From NCBI RefSeq assembly GCF_003704095.1, contig NW_020845603.1, forward strand, positions 1 through 64,000: a DNA stretch of 64,000 bases, read 5' to 3'. Source of the DNA: Pocillopora damicornis (taxonomy: Eukaryota). Below the pieces are notes generated by a model. It did not search any database. It worked only from the letters and a program-made list of their open reading frames with translations, and was not told the DNA's origin. Both the position numbers and the translations under genes were made by a program. Shown in pieces: positions 48,996-61,527 of the stretch. Each line of letters opens with the position of its first letter. The first letter of the stretch is position 1.

Positions 48996-50022
48996 GAACT
49001 ACAACAAAAACCTACACAAATCCACTACGTCATTTCACATCTGTCGAAGATTAGGGTATGAACTTAATGTAAACAAAATTTCTTGCATTTCCGGTAAAAG
49101 TCTTCTAAATATACGCTTTATTTAGCAATTTTTGTGTGACCTTATTCTTAAAACATCAAATTTGAAAATAAAGTAACAGTTTAGCCTTTAGGTGTCTAGA
49201 GAGGTTGTCTCTAGGTAACATTAATTATTAAAAAAACAGTTAAATAACCAAACATCGGTCTAGATTGATGTATAAATGAATAATTTATAATGTTCAGGGA
49301 TTATGGATAAGAATGCGTGATTGCAGAGAAACGTGGGTCGTGTGTAGCGATCAGGCTGGAAAACTTGGCTTTATTGGCACTTTAGACGAGGTCGAGTCTC
49401 CAAACCATTTTCTTTTTTTGATATTTTTTTAAGCCTTTTTGGGGAATTTTCAGCTATTTTGAGCAAAGTGTTGATTTATTCCTCTGATAATGGCAATGCT
49501 TTCTGTACTGATTTAAAACTGATATACGCAAGACCAGAGAAAGTATTTCTTCCACATTTCAGTGTATAAGACAAGAGCCCATTTTAAAAGGCTCCTGTAT
49601 AACACCAGTATGTCTGTTATGAAAAAACATTGGAGAGACGGAACTGCCCAATACTGAATTGCAAATGGCCAAGATTCGCGTGCACAACTTGTTTCAACAA
49701 AATGGTTCAAAGAATAAAATCTATATGTTTCTAAATAAATTTTTTATCTAGGCTCTCACTTTAATTTACCACAAAAAAATCTCCAAACAAGTAAATGTAA
49801 GTCAGGACCGTTCGGCCTTCTAAACAGGTCTCTTGGTAAGGATATGGAAACATTTATCTCCCCTTTTTCAGTAACTGAACTTCTCTTAAGCATGCTTAAA
49901 ACAATGGTAACATATTTACAAAATTACATGCCATTTGCACATTTACACAAGAGTTTAATGCAGTTTTTAGTCCCTTCTCACTGGACACTTCTCTCAATTT
50001 AATTTCTAAGTTAGATATTAGC

Positions 50023-50256
50023 TGGGGACCAGTCGTTATTTCCGCTTGAAGGAGGGGGGATGGAGGATTTTGGTTGTACCACGATAATATTTACCTGATC
50101 ATCCTAAAGCATTCATTAAGCCTTATGACCCTCCCCCTCCCCCTCATTAGCAGCTAATTCACAGTCCAACCCCCACTTTTAANNNNNNNNNNNNNNNNNN
50201 NNNNNNNNNNNNNNNNNNNNNNNNNNNNNNNNGCGATAAATATGACCGGTCCCCTA
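50023..50256. mobile_element. MITE with ggggacc(g/a)gtc..tattt TIRs (single ends also near 2500 and 32710)
   Basis: ggggaccagtcgttatttccgc is imperfectly inverted with gcgataaatatgaccggtcccc; contains a gap. Confidence 0.6.
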
Positions 50257-50832
50257 TAAAAATGACAACTCAGTTGAAGGACCCATGAAGCCTTTCGGTC
50301 CTGTAGTCCGAGCCGACAAAGGTAGTTTAGTTCCAGATTAAGTGACGTCAAAAGTATCGTCGAAAACCTTTAAAGTCCTTCAAATTAAAACTCTTCGTCT
50401 CCTGCATGTTTGCAGTCATCAATGTGTGCCACTGGACGCTTAATTGAGGCAAATTCAAGCAATAACTTTGATATGACCAAGGTTTTGGCAAACAGTAGTG
50501 CGCACTGAAGTTTGAACCATGATGAAATTCTTTCTCTCAGTAGCTGGACTTTATTTTCTTTATGAACTCATTCGTACCTGTCCTATTTTACGCGTTCTTC
50601 AACTTGATCGTTCACATTTACATCCAATACATCGGTGCTAGACTCAAATATAGATGCTGAAGGGGTAAGAAGTTGCTTCATAGAGGCATTGAAATGGTCT
50701 TTTTGTTGGCCATCGTTCTCTCACAGGTTTAGCAACAGCACACACTCTTTTGGTCACTTCGATATGAATAGACATGTTAACTGTCATTAGCAATGTAAAG
50801 TCGAATTCTCAGTAATGAAAGTTCGTGTTCTC

Positions 50833-51192
50833 CTACGCATCGGTGTTGATAGCAAGCTCCCCTTCTTCCAAAGAAGTCATATCAACAGTTACATAACTCT
50901 TTTCACTGTCTGAATCTCGCTCGTCGCTCGGTAAGCAAAAATACCTCAATGCATTTGCAATCGCGCAATACACAATGGCAAGTATAAACAGTAGGAAACT
51001 GGACCCAAGTGAGATTCCCGGACGTGGTGTCTTGAATGCGAGCGAGACAAGAACCAAAGAAGCTAGAAACGCGCAAACGGGAAACAAGTAAAGATAGATG
51101 AGATGTGTTGAGAGGCACAGCCGTTTACTCGGCTCCAACTGAGAAACAACTTGAGGTTTTTCTTCTCCTCCCACCTCCTTGTCGCTTGCCAT
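50833..51192 (-). CDS. Small uncharacterised two-TM protein (119 aa)
   Basis: ATG at 51192 (MASDKEV); two hydrophobic helices and an acidic tail; resembles 53553-53882. Confidence 0.65.
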   Translation of the reverse strand: MASDKEVGGEEKPQVVSQLEPSKRLCLSTHLIYLYLFPVCAFLASLVLVSLAFKTPRPGISLGSSFLLFILAIVYCAIANALRYFCLPSDERDSDSEKSYVTVDMTSLEEGELAINTDA

Positions 51193-53552
51193 TTTTTCTT
51201 CACTGCGTGTTATAAATTTCAATGTGAGCTTCTGATGTTTTTAAGTCGACTAATGCTTTTCTTGTCCTGGTATGCTATAACCGCGGTTTTCACTATATTT
51301 TCTAAATAGCCTATTAGTGTCGTGATTATCTTTATGTACAATTCGCCGGAAACGTTCCACAGACGTCACGTACGGGAGTTTAAATTAATGTAAGGTCAAC
51401 AACTGAAGTTATCGATCATTTACACAGACAGGTTACCCTTCCAAACCGAAAACCAAAAAATACTCAAGAAAAAAATTGTTCTTCCGCCTGAACTAGCTAA
51501 ACAAAAGGATGTTCACCACGAAATTTTAAGAAAACGAATTTCCGCTTTTTCACCAAAGGTTTCACACTTTTAAAATTTACAACAAAACTTGAAACGACTT
51601 TTCTTTCGATTCCCTGAATGCAGTCCAAATCCGGATTACTGTACATCAATATAGAGGAATTTGAGAGAAGATTCGTTTGTTTTCGGCGACCCAATAAAAT
51701 GTTTTAGTTTTTTACCGATATTTTGGCTTAAGGTAGTTTCAAAGTTGTTTTTTACTCTTTTAAGTTTGTGAATTAAAGATATTGAAATAACGCCGCGTGT
51801 TTACCCTTGTGGCGAATGTAGAAGCCAGCGGAGAGGTCAAAAGAGCGAATTGGGTTGTTCCTGTTCACATAGTTTCAATTTAACGAGATATAGTCGTGTA
51901 CAGAGGCACGCAAAGCCATTTTAGTATTAAATGCTGCCAGTGGTAAATACGAACTGAAACAATTTAATAGCTTTCTTATGTCGACTTATGGGTAAATACT
52001 GAGTATCTTCTACGCTAATATAGAGCTTTTATTGTTGTAAGATGTCCGAGTTAACGTATTAACTTTAATACAACAATCTCAGGTAAACATGAGTAAATCG
52101 GCATGCATTACTTGTTGATTACTTTGTTTTCTAATTGTAAAGATTTATCAGATCAAAGACAGCGACTCGCGTACTCATCAATCATGTTTAAATTTGGTTG
52201 TGTATGTTTTTTTTTAAGGTGGTACTGACACGTTCAATTACGAACGCCCTTCGTGTAATCAGAAGAGGCCAGAGATGGGTTCGTTGCATGAAAACCAAGT
52301 TACGGTTTTCTTGTGAAGATGATTTTTGTTTCACCGTTAACGACAGCGAACACTCAAATTGGAAGTATTTAGAAACGTTTTTAATTCTAGTGAGCGCGAT
52401 CATGAACGGTTAAATCGAGAGTTAGGTGCTTCATTTACTTTGTGTCAAATGGATCTAGTTGTTAATTAAGCTGAAACAGAACAAAATTAGAAATATCCTT
52501 AGACAGAAAGCCTTAATTTCCTCGCAGGATCAAGTAAAATATTCGAGTATTGAGTTAGGATGACCGAGAAGGTGAAGTACTTTGATCAGATTTAAATGAT
52601 CAGTCATGTTCTGTACAGATGTTATGAAAATAGCCATCAGGACTTATATTTCAGTCATTGTCATAGTCTCTAAAAATTAGATGGTCTTTGCTGTTAGGCT
52701 TCGATAAACGTAGCAGGGAACGATAAGAAGGGAACCGTCCATGTTAGTTGAATTAAATCACCCATTTCTTAATTCTGGGATGTAATGCGTTTGCCGCTCA
52801 CTTTTTCAAGGCGATTGACAAGAAGTTGGCCGGACTACTCCTACGTGCCTTCAATTTAAGCTTATAATTGGCTTAACATTTCATTTGCCAAGGAGCTGCT
52901 TTGGCATTCACCCCACGTTAACCGCAAAGCTCAATTCAGTAGCATAGAAAAAGCAGACACCATACCGGCTGTCCGTCAAGAAGCTTGGGAACGAATATAT
53001 ATTGTTAGCACGGTTGCTAATTTTAGCCCCCAGGTCCCCAGATTGGAAGTACCCTGTTTGGGGCAAGCGTTTACCTGCAGTGTGGTAATGATTTGTTATT
53101 TAATTAACTGGGACTGTTGAATGAAGACTGATAATTGAATAATAGGCTGATAACCTGACCTGAGTTCTGTAACTGCAAACAGCTTAATTCGATCTCTCAT
53201 CATGTCAAATGTAATAAGGCATTTTGGGAGGCGAATCTGTGATCTAATGGCACGGCAGAGAACCACAAAACGAGATAAATCTATTACGGGAAACGAAAGT
53301 AAAAACAGTGCACTAAAAGCAGGATGACCAAACAAGAGATTCGTAATAACGCTGGCCTTTGGGCATCTATTTTAGACCCGTGAAAAATTACACTTCAGAA
53401 ATGCGTTGCTCTAATTACAAAAATACTTCAAAAGACCCCGATTCATCATAAGAATGCAGTGTTTTTACAACTTGTGTGAAACATCGATAACGAAGAACGC
53501 ACTCAAAACCGTTTGAACTTTGCAAATTTTGCTCATCGTCATTCTTTCAAAG

Positions 53553-53882
53553 ATGGAAAGCGCAGAATCTTTAGATGACAATGAAACCTCCAGCTTTACA
53601 ATACCAGGCGACATATGGAGCTGTTTTTCTTGCAAGAATCCATTCAGGATAGCTTTCCTGCGTGTCTACCCGTTTCTAGCATTCGTTGCTGGGATATTAA
53701 TTCTCGCAATGGGATTCAGGAAAAATAACTTGAAATCCGAAGGTGTGAGAATGGCAGGTGTTAGTTTGGTTTATTTCAGTGTGCTTTGGTTCATTTTGGG
53801 GAATTTCGTGGACTTTTGTATTAACATTTATGGAAAAGATCTCCATGACACTGAAGAAGGAAACATAACTGCTGCTAATTAG
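53553..53882 (+). CDS. Small uncharacterised two-TM protein (109 aa)
   Basis: ATG at 53553 (MESAESL); two hydrophobic helices separated by a basic loop; resembles 50833-51192. Confidence 0.65.
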   Translation: MESAESLDDNETSSFTIPGDIWSCFSCKNPFRIAFLRVYPFLAFVAGILILAMGFRKNNLKSEGVRMAGVSLVYFSVLWFILGNFVDFCINIYGKDLHDTEEGNITAAN

Positions 53883-54584
53883 ACAGGAGTGGTACTGATT
53901 GATGATTTTTCGGAAGGGCACTGAGCTGGATATGAAAGTTTATTGAGAAGAAATGACAAGTGAACTCTTCGCATTTTATAGCAACTGTAGATTTAGATGC
54001 GATAACCGTTATCGTTGGAGGTGAAAAAAATATTAGTAGACGTAACTGTGTATGTGGACGGGGACAGATTACTGTAGAGGAAAGGAGGAAGACTTTGATT
54101 AAGTATTTTGGAATAAATAGATTTTATAATATGATGTCGTCGGGTAAAGCCTGAACAGCGGCTAAACCCCTTAGTTACGAGAATTTAGTCTAAGATCAAG
54201 ATAACAACTTCTAGTTGATCAGTTTTAGTTTTCTCATTAGCTGTCTGCTGGATATTGTATGGATATAATAGGAAGAAGTTATACATGTCAATAACTTTTG
54301 GAAGTTAAAGGTTGGGAAAAAATTAGAAAATTGCGGTTCATCATACAGCAAACTTTGTGGTAATGGCTTCTCATAAACAAACTGTTTTTACTGGAGTGAA
54401 AAATGAGCTTCACTCCACCAGGGAATTTGTTACTAGGGGCTCCTTACACGGAGGGTTCCTCTCGATACAAATTATTTATCTGGATAAACAGAAAAGAAAG
54501 TGTTTCCTAAGGCCAGGGCCTTTATATTAAACGTCTTTCAGAGTCAGTCTAATCTAGTCGAGGACCAAAAAATACGCAATACTT

Positions 54585-55015
54585 ACGTCCAATATCAGAC
54601 GCTGGTGTCCGTTTACGAACAGTAACGCGTCACTCACCACAACAGATTCCGTTTTAGGACAGAAACGTCTCATTTTCGACCCTAGCGTCCGATTTTAGAC
54701 ATTTAAGTCCGATTTCAGACAGTAGTATCCGATTCTAGCCATTATACTCCGATTATAAACACTAGAGTCCGATTTTAGACAATAGTGTCCGATTTTAGAA
54801 ACTCAGTAGCGTCTGATTTTAGACACCAGTGTCTGATTTGTAAGACACTAGTGTCCGATTTCAGGCAATAGCGTCTGATTTTTTACACTAATTTCCGGTG
54901 TTTGATAATGGTGTCTGACTCAAGTTACTAGATTCCGATTTAAACATTATTAATTAATTAATTAACATTATTATTAGACATTCGGACGCTAGCATCTGGT
55001 TATGGACACTATTGT
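54585..55015. repeat. Minisatellite, ~21-bp unit acactagtgtccgattttag(ac)
   Basis: Well over ten degenerate copies of gtccgattttagaca / gtctgatttt. Confidence 0.85.
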
Positions 55016-56770
55016 CTTCTTTTGGATGCGTTATGTTTATTGAAAGTTTTATTAAAAAAGAAAAACCTCTTTCTCTTTCGTTATTGCTTAATTCGAAATG
55101 ATCATGTTTTGAAACACCTGACTGCAATATTTGAAGGCAAGAGTTCGAACCTCATAAAATCCTGAATTTTTCCGGCTTCTCTCGTGGAATTGCAATTATA
55201 ACTGCTGATCTGCGAAGATCGTTTTTTTATTTCTTGAAAAATAATTAACAAAACAAAAAAAAAACAGTCATTTTCCTTCATGAACATTATTATCTAGATC
55301 TAGATCATTCAATTCAAATTAATCAAAAATTGTCGAATAGTCAACTCCTAGCTTCAAAATAATAATTTTTTGAAGTTTTTCTTTGAATACCTGACTTTAT
55401 TACTTGATTTTCTGCATCTCCGTTCTTCTTCAAATTAGTATATTCAAATTAACACGAAATCATAGCTCAGTCAAAACACAATTAGAGAGGTCACAATTCA
55501 GTATTGATAGTTATTTTAAGTCAATCACGTCACTTAACTTTTCACCTACGGACCGACATCTCCCCGCACTGAGATTAAAGAGAGGCTTTTGTCGCGAGAA
55601 AATATTTATTATTTTTTCATCTCCTCTTTCAATGCTTAACTGATCTGCATTTTATGATACGAGATCATTCATTTCGTGGCCGCAAGCGACAGGTGTACAT
55701 GTGTTTTAAAACAGATGGATCAACAAATTTGTTCGATTAAATGTCGAAGTAGAGCAAAAACCGCTAAATCGGCTCAGTTGAAATTTGGCCAGGATAATTT
55801 TAAGTGTCGAGTACAATTCGAACATCTTCCTAATTAATCCAACTTTTAAAATGACAGTCTTCAAACACCTGTGTTACTTAATATCTCTGGCGTGATTTGT
55901 GGCTTATGGCGATATTCATCGAATAAAACTTAAATTTTTGCTTCTCTCGATAAAGTTTCTTTGCGTCATTATTTTGTGGTAAAGAGAGCGGTGTATTTGA
56001 ATATGGGTGTTCAGTAGGCCACGTAAATAAGCGATAAAGAACCTTATTAAACCTTCAAAAAAGATCTAGATGTTAGTTTCTTTTTGTTTGTTTGTTTGTT
56101 TTTTTTTTTCAACGTTTTGCTTATCACGGTTGTCTGATGTAAACAAACTCTAAGAGGACGGAGAATGTCTTATATGAAAGTCTCTTGGACTTTGATTAGC
56201 AATATAAATGTAAGACCGACATCACGCCTCAAAGTACGTGTTAAAATTGCATAAGTTCTAAGTCTTTTCTTCGTAGGCTCTTACCCGTGCACGTCTGGAC
56301 AACATCTTGTAAAACACTGAGTTTGAAAATGCACCTAAGATTTTAGCATAAGATTTCCAAGTTGGTCGCGAACGATCCATGTAAATCGTGTGCATTCATG
56401 ATCATTTTCGTTTCCTTACACGTATGTCCTTAAACTGTGACGTTTTTCCGCAAGCCGTGACAAGGTGATATTTTAATGCATGAGCGTAGGAAACCTTAAT
56501 AGAAACAAAGCTTATGATCATTCAACGCACGTATTCTATACTGTTTTACAGAATATAAAAAAGGCGAAGCACAATTAAAAAACACTTTCAGTGAGTTTCA
56601 ACAATATCAACAAGGAAACGTTGTGTTATTCAATCCAACAACTGTCACGCTTTCCCTTACGACACAGAATTATACGTAACCTTTGAGAGTGTCATGGCCG
56701 CTCCAGGTGCGTGAATTAATTGTTTAGTTGCTTTGCTGATTCATTTTCCACAAATCACTTTGGAGAGGAA

Positions 56771-57718
56771 ATGGAGCTTGGTTTTCCAATAGATGTTATA
56801 CTGTTCTTTACATCTGCTATTTTCGGATTTGTTGTCTACTCCATCTACTTTCGACCGAAGGAATCACTTCAAACTTACAAGGTGGTTTCGAAACGGTTCA
56901 GAGGTTCCACTTTGTGTAAGACTCTCGGCCTGAATGAATTTCACGCTATTAAGGACAGATTTTCATCGGTGAAAGAAGTTTCAAGTGCAATTAAAAAAGC
57001 TGGTTTAGAGTCGAGCAATCTTATTATTGGTATTGATTTCACGGCGAGTAACGAATGGCAAGGAAGAAAAAGCTTCGGTGGACGGTCATTGCATCACGTT
57101 TTCAACAACACCAAAAGGTTGAACCCCTACCAGCGTGTTGTGCAAGTTATAACCAAAACACTCGAACCGTTTGACGGAGACAAGCTAATTCCAGCATTCG
57201 GATTCGGTGATTCCGTGACTAAAGGTCATAGCGTGTTTAGTTTCAACGAGGACGGCACTCCGTGCCAAGGGCTGTGCGATGTTTTGAAACAGTACACCGA
57301 TGTTGTTGGCCGAGTATCTCTAAGTGGTCCGACTTCATTTGCGCCGATCATCAACAAAGCTATAGAGATCGTCAAGCAGGATAAATCATACAACATTTTG
57401 GTGATAGTAGCTGATGGTCAGGTTGTAGAGGAACACGAACGTAGCACAAGGGAAGCGATTGTAGAGGCGTCGTATTTTCCACTTTCGATCATTGTTGTTG
57501 GAGTAGGAGACGGTCCATGGGATCGTATGCATGAGTATGACGATATGTTGCCGCAAAGACGGTTCGACAATTTTCAGTTTGTTGAATACGAGGCTGTTAT
57601 ACGCAATGCGAAACATCCAGATACTTCCTTCGCTCTTCATGCGCTCATGGAAATACCAGACCAATATAAAGTCATACAGGAATTGGGATTGATCAAAGCG
57701 AAAACCAAAGATGATTGA
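56771..57718 (+). CDS. Intronless copine-type vWA domain protein with N-terminal TM anchor and no C2 domains (315 aa)
   Basis: GLESSNLIIGIDFTASNEWQG, SLH, NPYQ, IPAFGFGD, LSGPTSFAPII..AI, ILVIVADGQV, PLSIIVVGVGDGPW, RRFDNFQFV, ALMEIPDQY; hydrophobic VILFFTSAIFGFVVYSIYF at the N-terminus. Confidence 0.9.
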   Translation: MELGFPIDVILFFTSAIFGFVVYSIYFRPKESLQTYKVVSKRFRGSTLCKTLGLNEFHAIKDRFSSVKEVSSAIKKAGLESSNLIIGIDFTASNEWQGRKSFGGRSLHHVFNNTKRLNPYQRVVQVITKTLEPFDGDKLIPAFGFGDSVTKGHSVFSFNEDGTPCQGLCDVLKQYTDVVGRVSLSGPTSFAPIINKAIEIVKQDKSYNILVIVADGQVVEEHERSTREAIVEASYFPLSIIVVGVGDGPWDRMHEYDDMLPQRRFDNFQFVEYEAVIRNAKHPDTSFALHALMEIPDQYKVIQELGLIKAKTKDD

Positions 57719-59132
57719 AAGGAAGATGAAAGTATTTTTTCATCTTCATTCAATTCTCGTGGCTATTTATTTTGCGCTGTATTTTACCTCAAGAAAAAAT
57801 TAGTTTTATTTATTTACACTTGCAACTTGTAAAAGCGTTTAAATTACCCAAACACCATTGCAATCATTAATACACGGTCATTTCCGTATAGCTTTTTAAA
57901 GTTTCTCTTTTTTTATAAAGATTTGCTGTACCGGAGATCAAAAATTCACAAATGCATATCTCCATATCTTCTAAATTCTCAGAGAACGTAAACTTAAGTT
58001 TATGTTTGGGAGTGTTTTTGCCTATGTCNNNNNNNNNNNNNNNNNNNNNNNNNNNNNNNNNNNNNNNTCACAATACTTGGAAGTTTATTCCCCCAATTGA
58101 GTACACTTTGGTTCCATTGGCAGGGCAACATTTACTTCAGTTGTGCATTTCCTCCAACATTTCATTTTAGACACAAGTGTTGCTAAACCACTTTTGCAGA
58201 CCACTTGTGCCATGATATTGTCATTCAAAACTTCAGAAGAACTACATACTGGGATAAAGAATGTTACAAAATTTCTTCTCTGGAAAAACCAACCTGCTCT
58301 TTTGTTTCCTCAGAGGCTCCCTTTGGAAAGCAATATGTTTTTAAAAGAGGGGTACTGCTTTTCATCAAGATTAGTAAACCCCCTCCCATCCCAACTACCA
58401 CCACCACCAAAAGGAAAAGTGCACCACTTTTTATACCCTGGGTATCATAAGCTCTTTGTTGTATTCAGCAGCTTGCCTTGCATCTGCCATAGGCAGTTTC
58501 ATTAAGCAGAAAACATAAATAAAGATAAAAGGCCCCCACGCACCCCTAAAATTTTGCCTTCAATATAAGTTGTGACTTGGTCATGCATTAATAATGAATG
58601 AAGGTATCTTTTGTGGTCCAAAGCACAGATAATCTGTTTGGTATAAATTTGAAACTTAATGGTAAACATTTTGTTATCTCTAAATTTATTCAAAACACCT
58701 CCTGAATGATTTATAAATGGTAATATATATATCAGCATCAATGTTTTCTGGAGCATATGTCATAAGGAGAATAATCAGAATTTTTTGTTTCATTTGTTGA
58801 AAATTATTACTTGTGCATTTTTTTCACTGAAGCACATTGAAGATACCTGTTTGTTTTGCCATTTGCATACTTGTAAAGGAGGATTGAAACCATTTGCGAA
58901 GACTATTTGTAGTCTGGAAATTTATTTGATAGTTCAATTTACAGTTTGGAAAAACCTCTGGGCAATAAAAAGATTAACAGATGTAAAGACATAAGGGTGT
59001 GCATCAAAACTTTAACTCATTACACATAAATAGAGTCCAAAACAGTTTAATGATTCATTTAAGAGACACATAAATAATATCACATTATTATGATTTAGAA
59101 TGTGCCATAACTAATTATTTCTCACAATTTTT

Positions 59133-59339
59133 TCCCTTTAACTCCCAAATCTCATAAGTCATTGTCTTTACTGTCTGCTTTACAATGCTTATGATGTTAG
59201 TTTGGAGAATTTGCAAGTGGATCAACAATTATCCCTTAATTAATATTTCTCCTTATTCTCATCATTGGTCTGCTTGATATAGTATTGATATTATACAGAA
59301 AAATTCTGTCTTTGTCACCCAAGGGATTTAAAGGGTGAA
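59133..59339. mobile_element. TTAA-MITE copy
   Basis: ccctttaactccc...gggatttaaaggg termini with the shared internal sequence. Confidence 0.8.
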
Positions 59340-59720
59340 TTGCTTGCCTAAGAAAAATTATGTCCCATATAAAATTACAATAAGGAAACACAACAGAAGC
59401 AAACAGACTAACAACTTCTTTATTTGTTTCATTTCACTATTATTGGCTATGCAAGAACAGAAAAGCTCTGATAAGCAAACCTTTCATCTTCAACCTCATT
59501 CAAACACTTTTTAGACAAACTATCCCATTAAAACCATGTAGTTATCAGTTAGTGCATCTAATCACAATTTCTCAAACAACAACAAAAATAGTTCAACCCT
59601 GACTATAATAATTATTGATAGGTAAATGTTTTAAAAATGGATTCCCTTATGAACACAAATCAATAATACAACTTCTTATATTTTTTTGGTCAAGCCTAAC
59701 CAGATTACTAATTTCATCAA

Positions 59721-59810
59721 TGTACAGAGTCCAACTCTACATCAAGTCTATGAATGGTGCAAAGAGCTCCATTGTTTCGTAGACTGTCATTTATTTGGTT
59801 GCAATGTACA
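59721..59810 (-). promoter_or_regulatory. SECIS element (type II-like) in the SELENOH 3' UTR
   Basis: Minus strand a-ATGA-C-AGTCTACG-AAA-C-AATGG-agctctttgca-CCATT-CATAGACT-TGAT: AUGA/GA quartet, helix AGUCUACG/CAUAGACU, unpaired AAA and apical mini-helix AAUGG/CCAUU. Confidence 0.85.
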
Positions 59811-60065
59811 GAAAACAGAAATCAGTTTCTTGTAGGCCAAAGCCTCAAATATCCAAAACTAAACTTCAACATGAACCTGCAATTAGATACACAAGTAAAA
59901 ATTATTTGCTCCTCATCAGAATAATTTAAGAAAACACTGATTTAAATGACTAAGAAACCTTGTGAATGAATAGATTTAAGTTTAGAGTATGTCTAAAACC
60001 CTACGCAGTGTGATTAAAGAAAAATAAATTCCTTTTATTACCTGACCTTGAGTGATGATAAGCCA

Positions 60066-61527
60066 CTAGAGTAGTTTCATTGCTTCCTCAATAAGATCAC
60101 TGTTAACTGGAAATTTCAGTTTTCTTGGTGGGCCCTTCTTTATACCAGTCCAAAGCTGTAACTCTAAAATGGAAATGTAGAAAGAGGGTCAATTTGAAGA
60201 GGACACAAACTGATATTAAGGACTTCAGGGTTAAGGAATCAGAGATTGAAGAATTCTATGGCTTCTTGCTTTTACACAGAATTTTCTGGCTAAGTTTCAC
60301 TGGCCTCAGCTTTTTTTTTTTTTTTTTTTTTTAAGTTAGATGTGGAAAATAATCTGTGATTACTCTTATTTCTACATTTCTTTAAAAAAAGACCCTGTTA
60401 CCATCCCCTTTGGAACTGACACACTTTTCATGTTTTGTTTTTCACCAACCTTCTCCATCCTCCTTCACGGCTGTTAATTCAAAACTCTTTGAACGTGGTT
60501 TAGTTTCATTGATAAGGACCTGGGCACTTGGGAATGCCTTCAGCAAGTCCGAGGACAACTGATTTGCATTCCTTTTATACACCTGTCAGGATTTACTGTA
60601 AAAAATAAAAATAGAAGAGAAGTCTGACCCTTTAATCCCTGGAAGTGATTAACACGTAACTTCTCCTTATAATATTCATAGATTATCCAGCAAACAGGTA
60701 AAGAGAATAATCAAATTTATAGGGTAGAATTTGTTAAGTCGATCTTGCACCAAATTCTCATACCTAATTTACAAGGAAATGTGTAGCAGCTAGAGGGGAG
60801 AATTAACAATCAGATCTTAAAAGTTAAAGGTGGAAATACCGCAATATGACTGGGGCCATGCATTTTCTAACTACATATGGGCTGTTTGCTGTGGCTAAAC
60901 AAAGGCTGGCACAGGTTAGATCTCTTCACTAAATAAAACTCCACATATTAATGGTTGGTAAACAATTTGTGTGTCATATAAAATACGCACACAATTAAAT
61001 CACAGGCCTTTAAGCAGGAGATGGAAGATAATTAATTAATTCTCTTTGAAATCGAGAATAGGGGTCAGGGAGGTTTGAGAATCCCAGGGGAGGGTAACAT
61101 ACCATCGGTAAGATACTCTGGTATAAAACCTCACAATTGTTTTGATTCAACAACGGATCCAAACATTCGATGTAGACACCGATCAAATTGCGGTAAAATT
61201 TCCGCACAGCCCCATACTACATTATGCATTCAGTTCTTGGATAGAGAAAACAACGACAAAAACAATACATTGTCATTGGGAAAACAGATTTGTTTAACAA
61301 TAGTATGGTGCTGTGCGGAAATTTTACCCAAATTGCTCTGAGATTTAAAAAAACCATATGAGAACAACCTACCAATGCTCGATCTTGAAAGTCAAGCTCT
61401 TGGACAGATCTTTCTTCTTTTTCACTGGACTATCTTCATCAGCAGATATTTCTTTCTCGGCCTCTGCCGCTTCATCTTTTCCACGATCAGAATTATCGTC
61501 CTGTTTTCGTTTGCGCCCTCGTGGCAT
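60066..61527 (-). CDS. SELENOH: Selenoprotein H, 132 aa; exons 61527-61373, 60595-60450, 60163-60066; Sec codon TGA at 60588-60586
   Basis: Spliced translation MPRGRKRK...IEHCKS(U)QVYKRNA...KPRSKSFEL...LWTGIKKGPPRKLKFP gives the CxxU motif and SelH signature; SECIS downstream. Confidence 0.93.

Noticed and set aside
50343-50350. Perfect CRE palindrome TGACGTCA
   Set aside because: A single 8-mer is expected by chance in 64 kb, and it is not near the start of the PKI-like genes.
54585-55015. Regularly spaced ~21-bp repeats resembling a CRISPR array
   Set aside because: Units are contiguous and degenerate with no unique spacers, there are no cas genes and the context is eukaryotic; it is a minisatellite.
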